Shown piece by piece: positions 1 to 9,919 of a stretch of 64,000 nt of DNA. The position numbers and the translations under genes are program-made. Position 1 is the first letter of the stretch. Each line of letters begins with the position of its first letter. Source of the stretch: Malacoraja senta (taxonomy: Eukaryota); contig CM075987.1 of assembly GCA_038087875.1 (NCBI GenBank), forward strand, positions 12,710,001-12,774,000, in the 5' to 3' direction. Below the pieces are notes generated by a model. It saw only the letters and a program-made list of their open reading frames with translations. It ran no database searches and was not told where the DNA came from.

Positions 1-1449
1 CCTCCTCCAGCAGCTTGTTCCATACATCCACCACCCTTTGTGTAAAAAAGTTACCCCTAGGGTTCTCATTAAATATTTCCCCCCTCACCTTAAACCTATG
101 TCCTCTGGTTCTTGATTCACCTACTCTGGGCAAAAGACACAGTCTGAAGAAGGGGTTTTGGCCTGAAACGTTGCCTATTTCCTTTGCTCCATAGATGCTG
201 CTGCACTCGCTGAGTTTCTCCAGCATTTTTGTGTACCTGTGTTTACCCCATCTATTCCTCTCATGATTTTGTACAACCCAGGTGGCATTTTTATTGGGGC
301 CCTTCTTCAGACTTCAGAGCAAGAAAGCAGCAGGAATCAGAGAGGGGGAGCAGGAGAGTCTTACAGAACTCCCATCGGAGAGAGAACTTCATAGTAGGAA
401 GGAACTGCAGATGCTGGTTTAAACTGAAGATAGACACAAAATGCTGGAGTAACTCAGTGGGAGAGAAGGAATGGGTGACTTTCGGGTCGAGACCCTTCTT
501 CACACTGATGGAACAGGAACAGGAGTTATACCTTGAGGTGATTCCACACAACGGAGCTATAAAATGTAGAACCAAGGAACTGCAGATGCCGGTGTACAAT
601 AGACACAAAGTGCTGGAGTAACTCAGCGGGTCAGACAGCATCTCTGGAGAACATGGACGGGCGATTTTCCAGGTCGGGCCCTTGCTTCGGCTATGGATTC
701 ACCACAGAAGTAACTGAAATGAATGAGAATTAGATGTTTTCCCAGTATGTTGGGAGTGGATGAAAAAGTGGAACAGTGGTAGTGTATGGGTGATAGTCGG
801 CATGGACTTGGTGGGCCAAAAGGCCTGGTTCCATGCTGTATCTCTAAACTAAATACAACCAACACAATGACTGCTATCACACCTTCTGAAACACTCATTA
901 CATCATGACTATGCATTCATTGCCATGGCACCTAGAGCTGGTCCCTTTGGTGCCAATCTCAAATTGATGCCCCCACTGCTGTCGCACTCGTTGCCAATAA
1001 ATAATTGTCCTCAACATTCACAACTGAACAATCACTGCCGAACCTCTCGCTGATAACCTCATCATACTCACGCCTGATCTACGGTGCCACCAGACATGGT
1101 TGGTGCAGTCAGTAAGAGCACCCTCACCACCACCAGGTAAAGTTAGCCTATGCAATGTCAACTCAGTCAGCTGCAACGCTCACTATCGTCAGAGTCACCA
1201 GCACACAAACTCATCGCTTCCTTCATTACCCAAGTCCTGCATGCAAAGTCAGCAATCAGCATGGTTGATTAATGCTGCATTAACTGTCAGTAAATCCCTA
1301 TGGTGCTATTGTTGCCGGTAGACACACGGCTAATGGATGTAAATACTGTTAGTTTCACTGTTGGTGCATCCATTGCAGTCTTTGTCCACTCCAGGCACTG
1401 CACATACATTTGCTGTGGAAGCAGTGCTGACATAGATATGTATATTCAC

Positions 1450-1740
1450 TGTTTAGTTTAGAGATACAGCGAGGAAACAGGCCCTTCGGGTCATCGAGTC
1501 TGCCACGACCAGCGATCTCCGCACATTAACACTATCCTATACACCAGGGACAATTTTATATTAATACCAAGCCAATTTACCTACAATCCTGTACATGTTT
1601 GGAGTGTTGCAGGAAACCGGAGATCCCGGAGAAAACCCACGCAGGTCACAGGGAGAACATAGACAACACCCGTAGTCAGGATTGAACCCGGGTCCCTGGC
1701 GCTGTAAGGCAGCAACTACTGCTGCGTCACCATGCCGCCC
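1450..1740 (-). mobile_element. tRNA-derived SINE, same family as 19066-19360
   Basis: Reverse-complement match to the same head, core and tail. Other copies at about 9580-9915, 10713-10890, 15970-16250, 30325-30580, 32672-32958 and 49790-50078. Confidence 0.85.
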
Positions 1741-2179
1741 TCTGTAACACTGCTGTTACAACCTTTGGCCTTGTTTACGTTGTTTTCCCTGGCTTGTAGT
1801 GTCTGCCCCGGCGTTGCCCGGTCTCACCTTTTCTTGTCACACGTTGTCCAATCACATTGGGCAGGTCTCATGGAATCCAGACTGGCATTGCCGGGTCTTG
1901 TTCAATCACAGGCAGAATTGAGTCATAGTTATCCAGCCCTTAAGCCCACACCGACCATCAAGTAGTCATCTGGACTAATCCCACTGACCAGCATTTGGTC
2001 TTCAATGCCTGAGCAATTCAAATGATCTTCCAGATACTTGTGAAATGCATGAGCCTATGTTTGGAAGCCACCATTCCCTCAGGCAGTGTGTCCCACATTC
2101 TAACCACCCTCTGGCTGAATAAAATGCCTCCCCAAGATTCCCATCTAACGTCTCATCCTAAATCTTTGCACACTGCTTT

Positions 2180-2930
2180 GTGAAAATATTTTTGGGGCAG
2201 GTGGAGTTTAATCCAAGCAAAAGGTCTTGCACTTTGGGAAGTCAAATGTAAGGGGAAAATACATAGTTCATGGCAAGACCCTTAACAGCGTGGATGTACA
2301 GAGGAATCCTGGGATCCAAGTCTATATTCTTAAAAGTGGCAACAGAAGTAGATAAGTGGTAACGGCAAAGTATAGTATGCTTGCTTTCATGGGTCAGGGC
2401 ATTTAGTAAAACAGTCAGGAAGTCATGTTGCAGCTTCATAGGATTTTAGGCCACATTTGGAGTATTGCATACAATTTTGGTTGCTCCTTTACAGGAAGCA
2501 TGAGGCTTTAGAAAGGGTGCACAAGAGATTTATGAGACTGCTGCCTGGATTATTGGGTATTAGCTATAAGAGATTGGACAAATTTGGATTATTTTCTCCA
2601 GAATGTCAGAAGTTGAGGGACCTGACAAAATTATTTGAGGCATAGATACAACATACAGACATACAGTCAGAATCTGTTTCCCAGGGTGGAGATGTCAAGG
2701 ACAAGAGTAAAGCTTTAAGATGAGAGAGGTAAAGTGTAATGGAGATGTGCAAGTTTTTTTTTCTAAAACACAGTGATGGGTGCTTGGAACATGCCGCCAG
2801 GGCTTGTGCTGGAGGCAGTTACACGAGTGGTGTTTAAAAAGTTTTTAGATAGGCACACGGATATGCAGGGAATAGAGGGAATGCAGATATTGTGGGACAA
2901 AAGGCCTGTTCCTGTGCTGTATTGTTCTGT
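2180..2930 (+). mobile_element. CR1 LINE 3' fragment
   Basis: LEYCIQFW...LERVHKRFMRLLPGL-type ORF2 C-terminus and a typical 3' UTR. Confidence 0.85.
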
Positions 2931-4385
2931 TAAACTATTTCCTCTGGCAGTTCATCCCAAATACCCACCAACCTGAAAAAAATGCCCATCAGGTTCTTAT
3001 TAAATTTTCTCCCATTACCTTAACACATACCCTCTAGTTACTGATTTGCCTAACCTGTGGAAAAGACTGTGCATTCACCCTATCTATTCCCCTCATTATT
3101 TTATACACCGCTACATCACCCCTCGGTCTCCTGCAACAAGGAAGAAAGTGCTAGCCTGCCCAGTCTCTCCCTGTAGCTCAGACCCTTGAGTCCTGGCAAT
3201 ATCCTTGTAAAGCTTCTCTGGACCCTTTCCAGCTTAATGGCACCTTTCTTACAGCAGGGTGATCAAAACTGTACACAATATTGCAAGTGCAAATAAAGTT
3301 TCAAAAGTACTAATTGTGACAATAAACATAGGATAAACATTTTGTTACACTTACCAAAGCCTGCACTTTCAGAATGCTGCACTCAGATCTAATGTAAAAA
3401 TCCTCTCATTGTTCATGTTCCACAAATTCAGTGCTGTTTCATTTTGCCAGCTTGAGTGATGTACAAATCCTTTGTCACAGAGCTGCTGATGAATGTGGTG
3501 CTCAGAAATCTGTCAGGTCTCCCATTCACATCTCAGACAATTGGAAAATTGTCTCGAGAAAATTCAGCCACCTCAGTTCCCTCATTTACTCCCATAAACT
3601 TTCAGCCTTTCTCACAAACACTTTTTTTAAACCTCAATGATTTTTGCCCAGTTACAGGCTTATTTTCATTGCGACTCTAAGCCCTGGAAAGTTTTCATCC
3701 TGGGTGATGCCGCATGTGAAACATCAGCAGGGAACGCCAAGCTTCCCATCTTAACTATTTACTCTGTTTTTGAGATCTGTTACTTTGCTGTAGTCAGGCC
3801 TATTGAGTGTTTGTAATTACGCCAATGGTTAATTTGTTAACCTGTTGCCCTGGCTCTGTTTATCACATGCAGTTTAAGTTTGCAAGCCACAGCTCACATT
3901 GCTTCTGTTATTTCTCGATTTGAATGTGAAAATAAGAGCAGTGCTTTGTCAGCTTCTGCTTGCTGGGCTTTTTACTCAGTGCAATCTGATGGCATTGCCT
4001 GGTCGGCCTCATTAGCATAGCAGCTGTCAGGGCCGAGCCCAGAGAGCAAACCGGCGGGGGAGGGGTGGGGTGGCAGAAAGGAGGAGAGTCGTGTGAGACC
4101 GACCGACAGGCAGCAACACAATCAGGGCGAACACCGAATCAGCATCAGCCCACAATGCCAGCTTGTCAAGGATAATCAGTCAACTGGGGAAAAGCCAGAT
4201 GGCTTTGGAGAGGCAGCCGGTGATGGCATCCACCTCACTTCCGCTTAACAGCAGCAGTTACACCTGCAAGAAAAATCAGAAACTCATATCCCAGTCTACT
4301 AAACACTGCAGCCAGTGCTCTCACCTACCACTGCCATGTGTTAGCAATCACTCACCATTTTTGGCACTCATAACAAGGCATTAAC

Positions 4386-4391
4386 TTTATT
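4386..4391 (-). terminator. Candidate NRARP polyadenylation signal (AATAAA)
   Basis: tttatt on the + strand about 2.3 kb past the stop, at the end of a largely repeat-free tract. Alternatives at 4719-4724, 6242-6247 and 6461-6466. Confidence 0.4.
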
Positions 4392-6726
4392 AAGGAACGA
4401 GGTTGAAAGTAGGTAGTTAGAAAGTGTGTTATTCATTAAGCAACTAGCCAGCAAATCCATTCCTGCAGGTGCTGCCCATCCAGGGAACTTGTATCACTGC
4501 CAAAAGGGTTCAAATTTTCAAATCAATTGAAAAAAATGAACGAACCAGAAAACACAAATACATTTTAGCTCTTAGCATATAACAGAAGAGCCAGGAACCT
4601 CAGCAAGAGATCTCCAATTAGGTCATGACAGATTTGAATGCCTGATGAAGTCTCCCACAGCAAGGATAGTCTTGAGGTAGAGCATTGTTATCAGTGCAGC
4701 TACTACATATTAATCAACTTTATTGTACTTCTCCCAAGCTGATGTCCAGACTGTTACGGGATGGTTGCTGGGATTGTAATTGGGAAGGAGACGCTCGTTT
4801 GGGACTTGTAATGAGAAAGTTATAATGCTATTTTAATATACAGCTGGCAATAAATGGCAAATGTGCACAAATCCAACAATCACAACAGATCAGTCTGTAG
4901 ACAGCCAAAAAAACATCAATAGCTCTAGTTTAGTAGTGGGAAGTTCAAGGTTAGACTGTCAAAGTTCTGAGAGTCTGTGCAGCTGTCAGATGGACACAAC
5001 CTTTCAGAACTTGCGTTACTAACATTAGAGTCTGCACGCAGTAAACACAAGCCGAGGAGTTGCAGGCAGAACATGTGTAGGTGGTGGGGCTGTAAGCACC
5101 GAGCAAGAGCCAGGTGCAGGGAACATGGGCAGTTTTGCACCAGCAGTATATGGCAGTAGAGTGGGTATTACACACACTCTTGTGCAGCGAATGTGGACAT
5201 AAACACTCAGCAGGTCTGGCAGCATCCCCTGAGAGAGAGAAAATGATGTTTCGGGGCAATGATACTTCACCAGAACAGATTTGCACCAAGTACAGCTTTT
5301 TTTTTAGTGGGGTCTCAGCAGCACAGACAGTAGGATAATGGCAAAGACAGCAGAGGGGGCAGTACAGGCTTTAAATTGTGGCATAGCAACCACTTATAGA
5401 AGCATACAAAGGGTGATGGCATGCATTGTATGTTAGCAGAAAGGGTATTACAGGCAGGGGAGGCCAGGTTTAATATCATATCCCAACAAATTCTAATGCA
5501 GCTGCCTTGCGTGCACAAGTCTGGTGCAAGTCTCAGTTCTAAACTGGAAACCACATCCACTTGCCTGTTACCAACCAAACTAGCTAGCAATATAGAAAGT
5601 GTGCATGGCCAGTTAGCCCAGAGCGATACAGGTCATTGCACGCAACATACACATGCAGGTGTATCTAGTCACAGTAAGATACTGGGCCAAACCACTCAGT
5701 CATCATACCACTTCAGGAGGCATCTACCCGTATAGATTATTAGATAAACACATGAGCAATGAGGCTTTCGTAGCTAAACAATAAATGGGGCTATTACGAG
5801 CACAAGCAGGCAGAGTGAGATACACGGAGTGGGGACGCTGCAGGGAGAACAAATGGGCAAAAGAAAAACAGATGCGGCAAACTGAGGGAAGATTAACATA
5901 TAGCGATGGGCCACATAAATAGCAGCACCAGGCGTGAGAGGGACACGGTCACTGTCTTCACGGCAATGGAGCTCCTCTTCAAACACGGGGGCATTATTGA
6001 CTGCTCTCTAATTGTGCTCAGCTTACACGGTATCTAAATGGAGAATGCAAATAAAGGCTGGGGAAAACGTGGAGTTTCCCACGGCTGGGCAGCCTGTAAC
6101 CGGAAGCGTTAACGTGAGACAATCGTCAAGTCTGAGAGTAGAGGTATCGAGGGTTCTCACAAACCCCGTGGGACTTGTGGTGATCTTAGCAACAGAAAGA
6201 AAAAAAGTAGGTTAAAGCAAATCAGAGAACCAAACGATTGTTTTATTTTTTTTGTTAAAAAAAACTAAATTGTTGTGCTGTGGGGGTAGGGTGGGAATTT
6301 AGCGGAGAGACGATCTCAGGTGGACGCTAGTGACCACCACACACTCCCGGCGGGATCGCTTTCCCCCAGCCCCCACACACGCCCCCTACCTCTCCCTCTT
6401 CCCCAATCACGGCCCCGCTCCCGACACCAGACGCCGACACCGTCACCCTGGTTTACATGGTTTATTGATACATCGTCGCCCCTGTTGCGGCCGCCGAAGC
6501 GGGCCCCGCCCTCCGGCCCGTTGCCCTCCGCGACGAGGCGGGGCGCCGCGCTTCTCCGGCCGCTGCCAGCCCGGCCCCCCCGGTGAGTGAGGTAGATAAC
6601 CGGAGCCGACAGGCGGCCCAGCCCGGTTCGGCCCAGCCCAGCCCGCAAGCGGGCAGTCCTGCAGTCTCAGCGGCCGGGCCCGTGTGCGTGAGTCGGCCCC
6701 GGGGCCCCGCGCTCTGAGTCCCGGCC

Positions 6727-7071
6727 TCAGCGGCCGCCGCCCGCCCCGTACTTGGCCTTGGTGATGAGGTAGAGCACGATGTCCTGGTGGCCGCCGAAAG
6801 CCGCGATGTGCAGCGCGCTCCAGCCGTCGCGGTTGGCCAGGCGGATGTCGGCGCCGAACTTGACGAGCAGCTTGACGAGCTCCAGGTTGCCGGCGATCAC
6901 CGACTGGTGCAGCGCCGTCTGGCCCTCGGGCCCGAACGAGTTGACGTTGAAGTGGCAGTCGGTCATGTTCTGCAGCAGCGACTGCAGCTCCCGCGTGTTG
7001 CCGCGCCGCACCGCCTCCTGGAACATGCGCTGCGGCGCCGCCGCCGCCGGCGACACCTCGGCCTGGCTCAT
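6727..7071 (-). CDS. NRARP: Notch-regulated ankyrin repeat-containing protein, single coding exon, 114 aa
   Basis: Translation MSQAEVSPAAAAPQRMFQEAVRRGNTRELQSLLQNM...FNVNSFGPEGQTALHQSVIAGNLELVKLLVKFGADIRLANRDGWSALHIAAFGGHQDIVLYLITKAKY... is near-identical to vertebrate NRARP as I recall it. ATG at 7071 in a good Kozak context (ggagccATG), TGA at 6727-6729, 345 nt, in a CpG island. Confidence 0.98.
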   Translation of the reverse strand: MSQAEVSPAAAAPQRMFQEAVRRGNTRELQSLLQNMTDCHFNVNSFGPEGQTALHQSVIAGNLELVKLLVKFGADIRLANRDGWSALHIAAFGGHQDIVLYLITKAKYGAGGGR

Positions 7072-7460
7072 GGCTCCGGCCTCCCGCTCTCCACCCGGCG
7101 ATGGCACCGGGCGCGGGGGCCGGGCGGCTCGCTCGATGCTAGAGGCCCGCGGCTGGGTTGCCCTCACTCGGCCGCTCGTCCTCCGCCCCACTGCTGCCGC
7201 TGCTATTACTACTGCTACTATCACCGCCGCTGCCGCTCCTCCTCCTTTGTCCGCTCGTTGGCTGTCGCTGTCAACCGCGGTGGCGAGCGGCCGTCCGCGG
7301 CCCTGCTGTCCGCCTCATGTCGCAGCGCAGCCCCGTCCCGCTCCACTCCGCTCTCGCCGCTGCTCCGCTCCCTAGTGAGAGGGCGCCGCGCGCGCCGCCG
7401 CTTTTCACCGCCCCGCGCGCATCACCATGACAATGGAACGCCGGGCCGTTTGCCCGGCGC

Positions 7461-7592
7461 CGGCCAATGGGCGCCCGACTCCCCTCCCCCAACGCCCCCA
7501 ACGCCCCCCCCACCCTCCCGCCGCCCATTGGCCGTCGCCCACGTGGCCCCTCGCCCCCCCCCCCATTGCACCTCGGTGACAGGGGGGCGGGG
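7461..7592 (-). promoter_or_regulatory. NRARP proximal promoter elements: two CCAAT boxes, CACGTG E-box, GC box
   Basis: CCAAT 7464-7468, ATTGG 7527-7531, CACGTG 7540-7545, GGGGCGGGG at about 7584-7592. Confidence 0.6.
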
Positions 7593-7620
7593 CCTGCGGC
7601 GATTCATTAACATCCCAGAG

Positions 7621-7650
7621 CGTGGGAACAAGGAGAGAAGATCTTCCCAG
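7621..7650. promoter_or_regulatory. Head-to-head RBPJ/CSL paired site (SPS-like) upstream of NRARP
   Basis: CGTGGGAA (7621-7628), 15-bp spacer, TTCCCAG (7644-7650). NRARP is an established direct Notch target. Confidence 0.7.
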
Positions 7651-7684
7651 AGAGAAAGGCAGAGATATTCACAGAGATACTCAA

Positions 7685-7796
7685 ATACACGCATACACAC
7701 ACATGCATACACACAGACACGCACACACACATGCATACACACACATGCATACACACACATGCATACACACACATGCACACACGCAGACACACACAA
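7685..7796. repeat. (CA)n/TGCATA compound microsatellite
   Basis: acacacacatgcatacacac... repeats. Confidence 0.9.
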
Positions 7797-9919
7797 AGTT
7801 ATATGCAGATGCTCGCACATATACCCAAACAATCGTAGCAATACTCAGAAAGGGGGAGAGATATTAAAATATTCAGAGGTAACCCAGGAGCTGTGAAAAA
7901 CAGTGAAAACAAGCCGAAATTCTGGCACAGCCACAACTGCATTCAAAAAAGCGATGCCCTCAGACATATTCAGACACGCAGAGAGCCCTGGGCTGCTGGG
8001 CTAACAAACACTGCTCACAGGTAAACAGATATTGAGATTCCCAACAGATTAAGATGTACTCAGATGTCCACAAGAGATAATAAAACGATCACGGAAATAT
8101 TAAGATGCAGAGTTATCAGAATGCTGATGGTGATATTCGCAGACGCACACAGAGGCGGGTATTCAGACATATCGATCGACGGTGATGTTCAGATTTTGGG
8201 TGGCAAATGTGCAGAGATATTGATATAGGAGAGGCTGGTGGTTCTTCGCGGCCTACCTGGATTTCAGAATGACTTTCTAACATGGTTCTGCATGGCAGGT
8301 TTACAAATGATAAAGACCAAGGGTTATATTTGCTGGTGTTTTTGGTGTCTCAGTGTAGCAGGCAATAACAATTTATTATAGATGATGTAAAATTTGGCCA
8401 GAGTGACAGGAGGAAAGATTTTGGTTGTAGAAGATACACATGGTCTGGTCAGCTGGGGGTAAAGTCGCAAAGAGAATTCAGTCTGAAGAAAAGAGAGGTA
8501 ATGCAGATAAGGGGAAGTGGAACAAGGAATGGGAATGTACAACTGATGGGACGATGCCGAGTAGTGTGTTGGAGCAGTGACCTAGGAGATCTATTTTTCC
8601 GTAAAGGTAGCAGGATAGTTAACGGAAGCAAAGCGGTTGTGTTAGAAGTTTACACACGCCAGCGAGGCCGCAGCTTGAAAATTGCTTCATCACGCTACAG
8701 AAACAATGCGATCGCACAGGGGAGATGGTACAGAGATTTACAAGGATGTTGCCACGACCGGAAAGTAAGCTGTGAGGAAAGACTGGGCCCAGCAGGGGTT
8801 CTTTTCACTGGAACAAAGGAGGCCGAAAGGGGGAATTTAACTGAAATGGGTAAAATTCTGAGGGCTGCAGATAAACGTGTTTCTCAACAGAGGAGCTAAA
8901 AATAGAGGTTGTAGAAGTTTGGTTGATGCGTTACAGTGGAAATTAGAAAATAAAATTCACCCAGGGGATGTGGGGACTGCATGTGATAGATGTTGGGGGA
9001 AGAAACACTCCTCACGTTGACACATATGTGCTCGAAGGGCCACGAACAGCTGCAGCAGGGCCACGAACACACAGAGTAGAGGGGTGGTTAGACCGGGAAC
9101 GCTCTCCCCAATGACGAGGGTACGAAATGCGAAATAACGTTCTGTGATTCAGATCTTGCGGGGTTTCAGGTACGTTTCAGAAATCCTTAGGTACCCTGAG
9201 ATAGATTGACATAATCACAGATATGTTAATATTCAGATTTAGATAAATTCAGGGATATTATATGTCACATTAAGACACAATATTCTCAAATAAGTGGAGT
9301 TTATCAGACACGTGGTCTGGTATTTAGGCACTCGGAGATAGAGAGATACTCTGATATTTAGATTCCCGCTGACACCTTGAATCCTGTCCACCTTCCTGAG
9401 CTTCTTATGAAGTGGTGATTGGAACTGTACACAATACACTCGCTGTGACCTGAGGTGTATTTGGTGCTGTTTGGAGCATGACTTTTATATTCCACATGTT
9501 GGCCAATAAAACAACGTGTCCCTGTATTTGCTAGTTATTTTATGTCTGTCAACACCATCAGCGATCTTGGACATTTAGCCATAGAGTCAGCGGCACAGAA
9601 AAATACCCTTCAGCCCAATTAGATCACACCGACCGTCAATCACCCATTTACCCCCCCCCCTCCCACCCCCGCCTTGCTCTAGTCCAATTTTATTCCCCCC
9701 CACATACCCATCAGATGCCCCCTCCCCCCCCCCAGATTCCACCTCTCACCTACACACCAGAGTTAGCTTACAGCATCCATTAACCCACCAACCGGTATGT
9801 TTTGTGGAGGTGGCAGGAAACTGCAGCACCCAGAGGGAGTTTGTGCAAACTCCACACAGACAGCACCAGGGGGTCAGGATTGAACCCGGGTCACTCGAGT
9901 TGTGAGGCTGTGCCACATT

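Larger units (their letters stand above)
6310..7630. promoter_or_regulatory. CpG island covering the NRARP promoter, 5' UTR, CDS and proximal 3' UTR
   Basis: Abrupt shift to very GC- and CpG-rich sequence compared with the CpG-poor flanks. Confidence 0.9.

Noticed and set aside
7072-7224. 165-aa ORF call extending NRARP at the N-terminus
   Set aside because: It uses a non-ATG start. The ATG at 7071 has a good Kozak context and gives the canonical 114 aa.
6779-7896. Long plus-strand ORFs (369 aa and 198 aa) antisense to NRARP
   Set aside because: Expected shadow of a CDS with very high GC3 plus the CpG island and CA microsatellite; low-complexity products with no domain.
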